Shown: in pieces, positions 11,986 to 25,775 of the stretch
Position numbering within the stretch: position 1 is the first letter of the stretch
Layout of the letters: every line of letters begins with the position of its first letter
Assembly (NCBI RefSeq): GCF_006345805.1
Contig: NC_043003.1
Coordinates: 42,346,001 to 42,410,000 of the forward strand
Direction of reading: 5' to 3'
Origin: Octopus sinensis
Taxonomy: Eukaryota
DNA: 64,000 nt
The notes under the pieces: generated by a model
Databases searched by the model: none
What the model was told of the DNA's origin: nothing
Seen by the model: the letters and a program-made list of their open reading frames with translations, nothing else
Program-made: the position numbers and the translations under genes

Positions 11986-13945
11986 AATGTATATATTTTC
12001 TTTCGCAGCTCCCAAATAAGCTACGGTCGAAAATGTGCCGGATTTTGGCCTTCTTGCTCTTTGGCCGATGTAAGTGGACTTGATTATGTTATAAGCATTC
12101 ACACCAAATCTTAGACTTAAGAATAACTTAAACTATAATGCAGTATGGGTGATGTGAATCAATCTCTGACTGAACGTAACATCTAGAACATGGTATAAGG
12201 AAGAAGAAAGATTTGTACCACAAGTTGGCTGGTAGTAATTGTTTGCTGAATTGAGTAGAACGCCGTGAAATTGGTGCCTTGCTCAAAAAGACAACATGCC
12301 CAAGAAGCGACTCAGCCCACGAAGCAAACCCATTATGTTATAACTGTGATTCCAACATCCTAACCATTCAGCCACAAGGCTTGAATATACTGGCATATGA
12401 ATCTAACTATTGAATACGTATGATGTTTTTATATTCTCAATGAATGTATACGCAATAACTGTACAATACTTTGGCTAACAGAAGACTTCGGACATTAAAA
12501 TGTTGAGATAATTGTATTTGTTTTCAGTGCTGAGAAAGGAATATTATTCTAAGATGAGATATAGAAGATCTATCCTGAAATATATGGATTTTTTAAAATT
12601 ATTAACTCGGACGTAGTTAGAGGAGCGTCTTCATCCATAAACTTCTCTGATCTCCACAGGCTTGGGAAGTCAATATGAAAAGTAAGGTTATTATAGTGTA
12701 ATGTTCAATTTGTTTCGTCAAGGGTGAGAAAACATGAAGCGGGAGAAGAATTCTAAACAAATTTGGTTCTGAGATAGGAAAAGGAAAAAAGAAAGCAAAT
12801 GAAATTCTAAAATGTATTGGGATAAGAAAGAAGGTGGTAGTGAAGCTAAGGGAAGAGCTGTGTCATCGCTGTAGAGAAACAATGGCATCGTGATATATGG
12901 GCCATAACATGTGTCACAGGACACCCATTTATCTCAGATTGTTTCGGCAGATCGAAATACAATATTTTAAGGAGTTTGTTTATATTCCTTAATGTAATGA
13001 GAATGGCCAATTCTCTTAGACATTACCAATCATTTTATGTTTCTCTGGTGAATATGGATATCTCTGTGATGTTGATGAGGCCAATTTTCAATTTGTAAAT
13101 CTTACCATTTAGATTGGCGTGGGAATTGGGACAATAAGCAGCTTATTTCCTTACAGTTTATTATTTTAACACTCTTCCATTTCGAGTTCAATTCTAACTA
13201 GTATCAGTTTTACATTTCATCTCATGACTCTCGATAAATTAACAAAAACTAAGAGCTTTTCAGTGACACTTCAGGTGTCCTTGTGGTGGCCTTTGAATTA
13301 GCAGAATCATTAGAGTATCCGTCAAAGGCTTCTGCAGTATTTTATTCCTACTTTTTACATTCGGTATTCAATTCACGTCGAGGCCAACTATGCATTTTCG
13401 TTCTGAGTAATTAATGGTTGCATGAGTCATTGGGTCAATTTAATTGACAAATCCAGAATTGGTATCCCAGGCTTTAATTTTCTACCTATTTTATCTCCTG
13501 TGTCATGCATGAATTTTGTCATAAGTTGCAGCAATTGGTTCATAAACGTCTTGTACTGCAAAAAGGTAAAACCAAAGGAAGAAAAATAGAAAAAGGTGCA
13601 AAAATGTAATACAATGGAATAGAATGATGATATGATGTTATCTCCGTTCGCACAAATACCACCAGGCGATGAGAGTTCTTCAAAAGGTACGATTTTGAGC
13701 CCAACTGTTACTAGGTAACACCCGACTCAGTTAAGTTTTCCTGCACTGTCCTTTGGCACATCTTTAGTAGCCTGCTTCAATTTCTCTTTTATGTTTCAAC
13801 TATCCATTCGATGGCGGCCCTTGCTAAGCTCTCCATCAGTGAGTGCAATACATGGCTAAGAAGTGATGGCATCTTAGAGTTAACTTTGGCCAACTCATCA
13901 CACTATGTGATGTAGCCGCGCTAAGTGTAATAGTATCTTCTATTC

Positions 13946-14315
13946 TTTTACTTGTTTGTCATTTGACTGTGGCCATTCTGGAGCATCGTCTTTAGTCGAG
14001 AAAATCGACCCCAGGACTTATACTTTGTAAGCCTAGTACTTATTCTATTGGTCTCTTTTGCTGAACCACTAAGAGTTACAGGAATGTAAACACACCAGCT
14101 TCGGTTGTCAAGCGAATTTGGGGGACAAACACAGACACACAAACATACACACACACACATATATATATACATATATACGATGGGCTTCTTTCAGTTTTTG
14201 TTAACCAAATCCCCTCACAAAGCTTTGGTCGGCCCAAGGCTATAGTAGAAGACACTTGCCCAAGGTGCCACGCAGTGGGACTGAACCCGGAAACATGTGG
14301 TTCGTAAGCAAGCTA
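13946..14315 (-). mobile_element. SINE family A
   Basis: Reverse complement of the family A body, from tail to gtggttcgtaagcaagc. Confidence 0.9.
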
Positions 14316-15017
14316 TGAAATATGTATAGAGAAGGTAGGTACAGGTACTTTAAATTATGTCATGCGTAGCATAATTTACGTGATGCCTATGTGAGGAGAA
14401 AAGAGATTTGTAAGTTTAATTCATTAAATCAATTTCACTAATTAACTACCAGCAAATGCTTCCCAATCTATGATCGAATTAAAATGGTCTTTGGCAAATG
14501 GCATCTGTGTTTGTTGTTGTTGGTGATGATGTTGTCGTTGCTGCTACAGTTGCTGATGCTGTTGTTGTTTAGCCCCAAGCCAATCATGACACAGCAGATC
14601 TGTGATCAAAAACATGCTAGATATTCCTATTCTATCCCTCATTCTATATAGAGCACCTCGGACTATATTACGCATGTGTTTTTCTTTATATTCTTCAAGT
14701 CTTGAACGCAGCAGGAAGTGATATGATAGAGATCTACTTTCTGTTTCTACCAGAGTGAACTCAAACTTGGAATGCTGATTTAAAGTTGTTGTTCTTTTTT
14801 TTTTTTCTTCTCGTATATATCTTAAGGAATTTTTCAATATCAATATACGGTTGCAGCAAGATAACCTAGTGTGCTAAAACCTTATGCAAGTTTACAAATC
14901 AATAACATTTTCACTGCTCACACCACTCCAGATCACTCCCTTACGTGTGTTTTTCTCCTTAGCTCTGTCTGTCTCTCGGTCTCTGTCTCTATCTCTGTCT
15001 ATCTGTCTGTCTGTCTG

Positions 15018-15059
<42 letters not shown>

Positions 15060-15656
15060 TTCTCCCTCTGCTTATCTGTCAGTCTATTTATTTCCCTATA
15101 TCAGTTTCTTTGCACACTCACACACACATATACATATACACACATATATATGTATGCATGTATGTTTGCATATATATGTATAGATGTATGTTTGTTTACC
15201 TTTTCTTAGTCTCTACCTGCCTTTCTCATCTCATTTTCCAAATATTTTTTCTTCAAAATAAAACTTTTATAAGTTCGTAGTTCTGTAATTCCTTCCAACA
15301 CTCATTCGTGTTACTCCTGTCTGCATAGACAGACTAATTCTTTATCCCTCCTTATCTATCTTCTACTTTCCAGCTCTTTCTTTCTCTCTCACACAACCAA
15401 ACATACTCACGCATACTCACTTATATATTACGTGTGCACCTGTGTGTGTGTACGCGTGTGTATGTGTATGTGTGTGCCTGTGTGTGTGGACGTGTGTGTA
15501 TATGTAATGTATGTATGCGTGTGTGTTTCGTTTTAGTCAGAGATGAACACAAATCCAGGTATATTTCATAAGGAAGTCATATATTTAAATACGCTATCAA
15601 ATATTTATTATGGGAAATGATTACAATGACTGCGAAGTTTCATAACAGCTACCTTC

Positions 15657-15752
<96 letters not shown>

Positions 15753-15754
15753 CA

Positions 15755-15802
<48 letters not shown>

Positions 15803-15964
15803 TACATACATACATAATGAGAAAGAGAGAGAGAGGAGGAGGAGACAAAAGATAGATATAGATACAGACACATCCAAATGCATACAAGCACACATACGCA
15901 CGCACATATATATATATATACATACATACCTGCATACACATATAATATAATATATATGCTTAGA

Positions 15965-15974
15965 TTAGATATAC

Positions 15975-16033
<59 letters not shown>

Positions 16034-16057
16034 GATAGATAAAGATAGATAGATATT

Positions 16058-16099
<42 letters not shown>

Positions 16100-16149
16100 T
16101 TTAGATAGATAGATAGATAGATAGATAGACAGATAGATAGATAGATATT

Positions 16150-16196
<47 letters not shown>

Positions 16197-16225
16197 TAGA
16201 TAGATAGATAGATAGATAGATAGAC
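15965..16225. repeat. (GATA)n tetranucleotide array
   Basis: Direct inspection. Confidence 0.95.
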
Positions 16226-16559
16226 AAAGAGCTATAATTATTGAGACAAACAAGCGCATAATGAAAAGGACATAAGTACATTCAAAACAACGCTGTACAA
16301 ACACAAACGTGCGCATGCTCGCGCTTACGCACAATTTCGTTCCCTATCGTTCATATGCCCTCCTACCTTTATACATAGTTTTACTGCTAAACTAAAAAAT
16401 AATCAAAAAAATCAAAAACAAAAAAAATCAACAAATTGTCCCCATTCATAAAATGCATGAAGAAAGGACAATCTGCCATCTGCCAACACGTGCACCATCC
16501 CTGCAGGGACGTATGCACTTTTATAATATTTTATCTACTCAAACTCTGCCATGTGGCAC

Positions 16560-16675
16560 ATGCAGTAGCAGCAGCGGCAGTAGTTGTAGAGGAGTTAGGA
16601 TGGCGTTGGTGGTGGCAATTGGGAACCTACTGCATGCCGTAGTAATAACTGTGATGTGGTTCGTGTTTTTCTTAC

Positions 16676-16719
<44 letters not shown>

Positions 16720-16750
16720 AAGTTGTAGTAGAAGTAGTAGTGGTACTAGC

Positions 16751-16793
<43 letters not shown>

Positions 16794-17628
16794 TAGTAGT
16801 AGTAGTCGGGGTTGTGGTGGTGATGACAGCGGCGGTGGTGTCGGTGACTTCGGCATCGATGGTGTCGGCGTAGACAATGGCGGCAGTGACTGAAGTGGTA
16901 GCAGAGGTGATGTTGGTGTTAGTGATTGTGGTGTAAGAAGTAGTGGTGGTGGTGATGGTGGTGGTATAAGTAGTAGTGCTGGTGGTGATGATGGTTATGG
17001 TAGTGGTGGTGGTTGTGGTAATGGTGGTGGTGGTGGTAGTCGTGGTGTTGTTAATGGTGGTTTGGTGATGGTGGTGTATGTTGTTGTTACTGGTGGTGGT
17101 GGTGTTTGTTGTTGTTGTTACTGTTGTTGGTGGTGGTGATGTTAGCGGTGGTTTTGGTGGTGGTGGTATTGGCGGCAGGATTTAGAAAATTTCATTCAAA
17201 ACTGCTAGGCCTTCTTTCTACCACAGGTTTTCTTCCTTTTTCTTCTTCCTCGTGGGCAAAAGCACCACCAGCACCAACACCGGTACACTACCACCACCTA
17301 TACCTCTACAACCAGTGCTGAAACACCAGAACCACCACTGTCATGATTCACTGTGAACATCACCACGACCACCACCGCTAATCACTAAAGGAAGCCATTA
17401 TGACAGTGACTTCTACTACTACTACTACCTACTCTCCCCGTCGTTACAACAACACCACGTTGGTGGTGGTAATTGTGAACCTACTGCATGCCGTAGTAAC
17501 AGAAACACCACTATTAGCGATAATAGGACTACTACTACCATCACCACCATCACCACCGCCAATACTACTTCTATTACAGAAAATATAATTTCAAGACCGT
17601 TAATATTACCATCTACAACACCAATACC

Positions 17629-17660
<32 letters not shown>

Positions 17661-17710
17661 CAGCTCCACCATCACCCGCAGAGCCACAGATATCACCACC
17701 ACAGCCCTGC
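16560..17710. repeat. Degenerate trinucleotide arrays, (GTA/GTG)n followed by (CAC/CTA)n, containing a 42-bp direct repeat
   Basis: The strand bias switches around 17200-17260. The direct repeat lies at 16604-16645 and 17458-17499. Confidence 0.8.
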
Positions 17711-18758
17711 AGTGAATTAAAGAGCAACAATTTTCGAATCAACATAACTCTTTAAAAAATGAGCTCACTTAAAGAATGCGCATTAAAATTTTCACCACCA
17801 CCACCATCATCATCATCATTATCATTTAATTATTATTATTATTATCACTATTATCATGATCATTGTTATTGTTGATGTTATCCTCGTTATTTTGGGAGAC
17901 ATCCTCATTGTGAAGTTGTGAAACTTTAAATTTGTATACCTTAAAATTGCACAATGACTTCATAATGACACAGCATTTATAAGTTAACCATTATTGGGTT
18001 ATTTGCTATTCTATTAACAAAATGAAGTTATTGAAAAGAAAATAAAGCTTTAAGAATGAAAAATAACAACAGCATTATTGTTCATGCGCTGGGAAAATTC
18101 GAGCATCGGTATGTGAGTATGTGTGTGTATCCGTTTCTTGTGTAAATGCATCTATGTACGGATGTATGTAAATATATTATTCTTTGAAAATGTATATATT
18201 TTGTCTATAAATATATATACGTATACATATGTGTATATATATATGTGTGTCTGTATGTGTGTGAATGTGCGTGGCTGTGTGTATGTATGTATGTATGTAT
18301 GTATGTATGTATGCATGTATGAATGTATGTATGTAAGTATGTATGTATGTATGGATGTATGTAGGTAGGTAGGTAGGTATGTATGTATCTATCTCTCTAT
18401 ATATATGCGTATGTATGTGGGTATTAACATGCGTAACGATATATTTTTACACTTGCATATTACTAAGATGGCTGACAATAAAATGTAGACGACCGTCCGA
18501 ATGGATTATAAGAACGTTCAGATCAAGAGGGCGAGAAACAACGACAGCCATTTTTAAGACATTATTCCAAAGCCGTCTAGATTATGCAAACAACGCTTTT
18601 GATCAATAATTGTTGCTATCATATTAAACACATTTGTATAAAAATGATGATACATATATATATACGCGTGACTGTGTGTGCTCACACGCGTGCGTACGTG
18701 TGTGTGTGTGTGTGTGTGTGTGACATGTATGTGTATGTATGATGCGTGAAAGTAGGTA

Positions 18759-18963
18759 GGAGGGGTGCGGAAAAGTTCCTGGCTTTGGGTCAAAGAAAAT
18801 ACAGGAGGACAGTTATGAATTTATTCAACATATTCCCCGCTGAGATTCACACACATATTGCAGCGTCCTTCAGTTTTTCTAAGCGCGGTAAAATGAACGG
18901 TTGAGCTTCCAGCCATGCCTTTCGCTTCATGCTTAAAACCAGGAACTTTTCAGCTCCATCTCG
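18759..18963 (-). mobile_element. Mariner-derived MITE
   Basis: TA-flanked. TIRs (g/c)gaggggtgcggaaaagttcctgg and ccaggaacttttcagctccatctcg. The interior is a decayed reverse complement of the transposase C-terminus seen at 52270-52330. Confidence 0.8.
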
Positions 18964-19103
18964 TAAATATATTTGCTGGTTGGTAGCAAATAACCTTTAT
19001 CAATATCATCGTTTCTTAATGATGGCGATAAGTATTGTCGCTTCTTTTAGCCCTGCTCAGACCAGACCATGCTGACAATTCCGCGTTTTGTGTACGACTA
19101 GGG

Positions 19104-19438
19104 CAGGCCTCGACAACTCGAATTACATTGCGGGCCACTTTAATTACAGAAAGCTTTTTGAGGGCCAGTTGTATACTTTATGCTCTAATTAATTAATCAA
19201 ATTACAGAATCAAGGATTTTTTATACTTTTTGTTTGTTTAAAATTATAAAATTGTAGCTTATTGCTTTATTGCCACTTATAAATTTTTAATTTATTTTGA
19301 AACAAATGTTTTATACAAACAATTTTATTTTGAAATTAAACATAATAAAGAGGTCACACATTTGAAGAAATTATCAAGCGGGCCGCAAGGTTAAAGCGGG
19401 CCGCAAGGTTAAAGCGGGCCTCAGGTTGTCCAGCCCTG
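19104..19438. mobile_element. hAT (Charlie/Buster-like) MITE, 335 bp
   Basis: TIRs CAGGCCTCGACAAC and GTTGTCCAGCCCTG (2 mismatches). Perfect 8-bp TSD GACTAGGG (19096-19103, 19439-19446) with central TA. Subterminal GCGGGCC repeats. Confidence 0.9.
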
Positions 19439-19870
19439 GACTAGGGCAATGTTATTTTCCAATGTGTTCCTAATGTCATCAGAGTGTAGGGAAGTAATTT
19501 GAGCGTCCAATAACATGATCATCATCATCATTAAACTACCTCCTCCCCACACACTACCGCCACAACTACCGCCGCCACAACTACCGCCGCCACTACCAAC
19601 ACCACTACCACCATACACATGGTAGAATCGTCTGATATCATATCTTATCCTGGACAACTTTGCCTGGCATTCTTCCGGGGAGAAAAGGCGCTAAAATATA
19701 GTCCAGATATAAGGTTTGATATTGGTATAATACGTAATGAGAAAATAGTTTTGGTACGATTCCACAACCTGAGTTAAATCTGGTTCCTATGGACTGTATG
19801 CGACTGAGAGTTTACCATTCCGTCTACCTTTGAAAGGAACGTTAGTCTGTTGCAGATTTAACCCCCGGAT

Positions 19871-19902
<32 letters not shown>

Positions 19903-19920
19903 ACACACACACACTATTAC

Positions 19921-20098
19921 CAGCGCCACCTGTAGCCGGTACTCATTTTCGCCTGAATGGCCTAGAGGAGCGTGACTTCAAATGTTTTGCTGAAAACAAA
20001 AGCACAACGTAACACTTAGCAATTCGCCCGGTCTAAGAATCGAAACCCCAAACTCATGATCTGGAGACAAACATCCTAACCACTAGTCCACGCACCTT
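19921..20098 (-). mobile_element. Degenerate D-like SINE 5' half
   Basis: tactcattttcgcctgaatgg ... gaatcgaaacccc ... cctaaccactagtccacgcacctt. Confidence 0.55.
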
Positions 20099-21180
20099 TA
20101 AAAGTTCGATATAATACTCGTATAAAGCAACGGTTGCCAGGCTTTAACTACAGTAACCTATTTCGATAAATCAATAATCTTCTACCCTCACCCCCATACT
20201 TTTTTTTCTGTTTCTTTTCTTTATTTTTTTTTGTTAAATATTTCAATAAATGACAAAAGACAGCACTTAACATTTGATAGTTCCCTTCGGGGAAATATTC
20301 TTCAGTTTATTTGTATGTTTTTCTTGTGTTATAAGCTCCCCTTTGTGCCACCTATGGCGTATTGTAATAGCTTATTCATGAACATTTTACATTTTATCGA
20401 ATATTACAGCTGTAAAGTTAAAGATTTTGTCGTCGAGAATTATTCTCATTCTCCTTTTCCCTGCTTCCTCTAACTCTCTCTCTCCCTCTCTTGCTCATTC
20501 TCATTGCTTTTCGTTCTTCTGCTATTCCACTCTATTGCCTTTTTCTCTTCCTCTTCCTCTGTTCCGCTTCTTCTACCTTTTCATCTTTCTCCTCATATCT
20601 ATTCTCTATATCCTTCACATCAGAGTCTAAGATTCTTCGTCAAAGTCTTTTTACTCTTCTTTTTTCTTTTCCTTACCTAGCTTCTCCCTTTTCATCTTCA
20701 CTTCTACCTCCTCTTCATTATTTTCCTCTTCATCGTCTTCATCTTCCACGTCTTTCTCTTCTTCCTCAACTTTACTATCTTCTCTCTCGTCTCCTTAAGA
20801 CCGTAAATCGACGACCGGCCCTTAGTGACTTCATTGACAAGCGTTCTCTATCGTCACCTGTTTTGAGATGGATCTCAGCACTTGATGCATCTCTGCCAAC
20901 ATGATCTCCCAATTGACTCTTACCAGGATTAACACAAAGCTCGTGAATGTGGAAAACGAGTGGCAAATACAGCCGAAGTATGTTACTCACTGCTTTACAC
21001 ATTATTTATCAGGCTAAGAGGATTGATGAGCTTCTCGATCTAAACCGTATATCTTAGAATTAAGGTCTGTGTAGGAAGACTGCGGCCTGCAATACTATCA
21101 CCGCAACTCGAAACTTCCACTTTTTGTGGCAACCATATACAGGACAACTAAAGCATCCTAAACTTGAATGCAAATATTGA

Positions 21181-21537
21181 TTGCACAACACCAGCAATTT
21201 CGGGGGATTACATCGATCCCTATACTCAACTGGTACTTATTTTATCGATCCCGAAAGGATGAAAGACCAAGTAGACCTCGTTGGAATGTGAATTCAGAAT
21301 GTAAGATGGACGAAATACCTATTTCTTTACTACCCACAAGGGGCTAAACAGAGAGAGGACAAACAAACGGATTAAGTCGATTACATCTACCCCAGTGCGT
21401 ATCTGGTACTTAATTTATCGACCCTGAAAAGATGAAAGGCAAAATCGTCCTCGGCGGAATTTGAACTCAGAACGTAACGGCATACAAAATACGGCTACGC
21501 ATTTCGCCCTGCGTGTTAACGTTTTTTGCCAGCTCGC
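21181..21537 (-). mobile_element. SINE B2 (21320-21537) fused to a headless B monomer (21181-21319)
   Basis: Two B cores in tandem; the minus-strand junction is gtaaagaaata|ggtatttcgtc. Confidence 0.85.
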
Positions 21538-21766
21538 TTGAATGAATGGAATTATGACAAAACTCCATTACAACGACTATTGTCATCATCATCATCATCA
21601 TCATTATCACCATCACTACCTTCATCACTCCATAATCTTTCTCTTCCTTCTCATCATCAATACTAAAACTTACCCTTGTGGTCATTATTGCCTTAACTTA
21701 CTACCGTGATATGAAATTCGCATAAAAATATATAAAACTTAATATCAAGATGCTATGGAATGCCAA

Positions 21767-22071
21767 GTGGAGGCACATGGCCTAGTGGTTAAATCAGCGG
21801 ACTCGCGGTCGAGGGATCGCGGGTTCGAATCTCAGACCGGGCCATGTGTGTGTTTATGAGTGAAACACCTAAGCTCCACGCGGCTCCAACAGAAGGTAAT
21901 GACGAACTCCTGCTGACTCTTTCGCCACAACTTTCTCTCACTCTTTCCTCCTGCACCTTTCAGCTCACCTGCGACGGACCGGCGTTCCGTCCAGGTGGGG
22001 AACCTATACGCCAAGGAAACCTGGAAACCGGCCCTATGAGCCAGACGTGGCTCGAGAAGGGACAAACAACA
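21767..22071 (+). mobile_element. SINE family E, full length (tRNA-Arg-like head)
   Basis: A box tggcctagtggtt, B box gggttcgaatc, (ACA)n end. 12-bp TSD atggaatgcc(a/t)a at 21755-21766 and 22072-22083. Confidence 0.9.
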
Positions 22072-22679
22072 ATGGAATGCCTAACTGGTAATAAAGCTTA
22101 GTTGTGATTAATTCTGAGAACTATGTTGTCACTGGCCAAACCGACTTTGTTCAAATACATTCCAACCATTAATATCTCTTTTTTTTTCTTTTTAACTATT
22201 ATTTGAAAAGTATCTTCTGGTACAACACTGACTTTTTAGATAATGAGTGTCTAGAACCTTTTACAATCCGCAAGAATTTACGAGCAGGAACTTCAAATTC
22301 CTGAGGCGCCAGTCTACTTTACTACTGCCTTGCAAATAGTAGTACCTTGCACAGTTCAGTAACAATAAACTTGTATCTTTTATAATAAAATACAGGTACC
22401 TGCATTTCATTCAATTATTTAAGAAAAATTTGTCCCACATTTATCGCTTGCCAACTGATGTTGGTGCGTTTAGGTCTCTGTTACTTAGCAGTTCGACAAA
22501 AAGTCCTGGGGTGGATTTGTTTGACTATAAGAGATGCTCCAGCATGGCCAGACCTTTGATTGACATATTTCCACTGTGACCAATGCGCAGTTTTATATCG
22601 AAGTCTAAAACTAGCGGCTGAGTGCCCTCCTTGGCCCTAGTTGACACGTGGTGTTAGTTCATGGTATAAAATACCGTAT

Positions 22680-23060
22680 CGGTGGCAGTATGATAGTAGT
22701 TTAGACTGTCTTGGAGGAGGTAATAGTGGTAGCGGCGGCACTTGTGGTGACTGCGATGGTCAAGGTGGTGCTGGTAGTGGTAGTGATGGTAGTGGTAGTG
22801 CTGCCTGTGGTAGTAGTGGTGATAGGTGTGGTGATGGTAATGGTAGGATGGTTGAAGTATTAGTGGCGGTGGTTACAGTTGTGTTAATGGTAATGGTGGT
22901 GGTAGCAGTAGTTGTGATTGTTCGGGCGGCTGTCGTACCGACTCTGGTGTTAAGTGTGATGCGGAGAGTTGTGATGATGGTGGTGGCAACGACGGTGGTG
23001 GTGGTCATGGTGTTTGTGCTGGTGGTGGCTATGGACGAAGATATGAGAGTTTTCGTGATC

Positions 23061-23099
<39 letters not shown>

Positions 23100-23167
23100 A
23101 TGGGAGGGGGAGGAGTAGTAGTAGTAGCGGCAGTAGCAGCAGCAGCAGCAGTAGTAGCAGCAGTAGC

Positions 23168-23238
<71 letters not shown>

Positions 23239-23845
23239 GAGTTAATAGTGATGATAATGAAGATAGGTGTTAATGATGCTAGTTGTGGTGGTGGTGGTTG
23301 TGGTGGTGGTAGTCGTCGTATCACTAATAATTGTAGTGTTAGTGGTGATAGAAAGATAATGGTGGTGGTACGATGGTGGATGTGGTAGAGGCTGCAGTTG
23401 TTGCAGTAGCAATGGTGAAAAAGATAATAGAAGCGTAGCAGTAGTGGTGATGGTAGTGTTGGTTGTGGTCATGGTAATGGTAGCAGCCGGTAGTAGTGAG
23501 TGATGATAGAAAATTAGTAGTGGTAGTGATGGTGGTTGTAGTAATGGTTAGCGGCGGTGGTGGTGGTGGTGGTGGCGGTTAGTGATGGTGGTGGTAGTGA
23601 TTGAGGTGGTGGTAATGGTTGAGGTGGTGGTAATGGCTTTGATGGTGAAAGTGATGGTGGTAGTGTTGGTGGTGCTGGTGGTACTGGTGGTGCTGGTGGC
23701 GGTGATAGTGGTGGTGGTGGTGGTGGTGGTGGTGGTGGTGGTGATAGTGGTGGTGGTGGTGGTGGTGCTTGTGGTGGTGGTGGCGGCAGCGGTACTGATT
23801 GTGGTGTTAGTCGTCGCCGTCGCCGTCGTCGTCGTCGTCGTCTTC
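22680..23845. repeat. Long degenerate (GTG/GTA/GCA)n trinucleotide array
   Basis: Direct inspection; source of the poly-V and poly-Y pseudo-ORFs. Confidence 0.9.
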
Positions 23846-24620
23846 GTATGACGTAATTAATGCCAGTGCTGCCATCTTTTAAGCAAGGATTGCCGTAGGA
23901 CATGACTCCATGGTCATCATCAGCTGGTTCTATCTACAGACTTGATTGGTTTATTTATTGGCTGCAACACGTATTTCCTTCCCTTTACTTCCGGTAATTC
24001 CATGACAGTAAATCGCTTCAGCAGAGAAATGACTCAGAACTGAGAGGCTCTTTGACTAACTCCTTGCCAATCAGCAATCTACGCAGACAACGAAATCATC
24101 GAGACATCGTGACAAATTCACCCTTCCTCTCTATTAATTGGCTTCCACTTCTCTGTGACTGACGCACTAAATTACACTCCATTCTTGCAATTAGTTTCTA
24201 ATTTAGAATCCAATGCTAAATGACCAAAATCTTTTTGCATTCTTTTTTTCTTTTTTTTATTACTTTTTTGTGTGTTTCTCTTTGTTGTTTTTCCTGTATG
24301 AATAACTTAATGATACGATTTCTAGATGTATTTTCTTGATGATGATAATTTTGGAACAAATCCAAGTAGAGTGTATTGTTGTTGTCGATGTTGGTTAGCT
24401 CCAAATCAGCCATGGCAGGGCAGATCTATGATCAAAGACGTTCCAGTGGAGACGAGACCAGTTTTTTCCAGGTTGGGCTAGATAGAAGTAGCGAGCTACT
24501 TTTCAGGAATGATTATACACGTGTGTATGCGACTCTGCGTGTGTATGCGCGCTTGCATGTGTGTGTACACATATATAGACATACAAACATACATGCATTT
24601 ATACATATGCGTGTGTATGT

Positions 24621-24651
<31 letters not shown>

Positions 24652-24654
24652 TAT

Positions 24655-24696
<42 letters not shown>

Positions 24697-24919
24697 TATA
24701 ATTTAGGGTATCTAAGAGATACCCTAAATTATAATTTTAAATAATCATTACCTTTGAAAGGTTTTTATTCCCATGCTGGCACCCTGATAAGATCGGTATT
24801 TAAATATCGATCTTATCCTTTTTTATATAAATTTATATAATATATTATATATATATATAGTATATATATATATTTATATCTATATATATATTTATAATCT
24901 ATAATATATTATATATTTA

Positions 24920-24957
<38 letters not shown>

Positions 24958-25775
24958 CATAGATGCATACATTTATATACATATACATATGTTATATGTG
25001 TATGTGAATGTATGTGTATACACACACATACACACACTACACACACACACACAGAGTAAAATATTTTATCGAATGATCTAGCAATTCCACCTTTGTCAGA
25101 TACTTTATTTTATCGACCCAAGAAAGATGAAAATCAATGCTAAATCCCGAGATCAGAACGCATGCAACCGGAACGACATCAAACACTACTGAAGTTCGCC
25201 ATTTCCACGCCTTAATCAAACCTTATTTTCCTTTAGATGACTAATAATTACTACAGGTGAAAAAAAGAAAGAGAAAATACTCAAGCATGAGTGCCTTTGG
25301 TCAAGGCTGGAATGGGGTTAAACAACACGATATCTAAATTATAATATATTGGAGTCATATTAATCATCAATTTATAAAACTGGCCTTGATCTTAGGGATA
25401 GTGTAATTATAATTAACTGAGGTAAGATAGTAATTTATATTGGTTTATAAAGTTGTAGAGTAGCTTGAAGCATCATCATTTTCATCACCATCAGCATCAT
25501 AATTATCATCATCATCATCATAATTATCCTCATCTCACCAGCAGCAGAAACAGCAGCAGCAGTAGCAATGATAAAAGTAACAGCTAGAAGAACATCAAAA
25601 CAACAGCAGAACTGCAAAAACATCAACAATGGTAAGTGTGCATTAGTGAAGATACCTCTTTGATTTCGAAAGTGGTTGGCAGTGCCACCTTGAGGACGAT
25701 ATGAACTCTAAAGGTGGAACTGGGTGTTTAGAGGGTTCATAATTTTAATTAGCAGCATTGTTTAAGCCAGCATTT

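Noticed and set aside
21767-21840. tRNA-like sequence with A and B boxes (also 25990-26065, 8340-8414, 30890-30967)
   Set aside because: These are SINE heads continuous with SINE bodies and TSDs, with no intact acceptor stem, so not tRNA genes.
22641-23903. 210-aa Gly/Ser then Val-rich ORF and a Pro-rich antisense ORF
   Set aside because: They are products of a degenerate GTG/GTA array, are open on both strands and have no splice or domain support.
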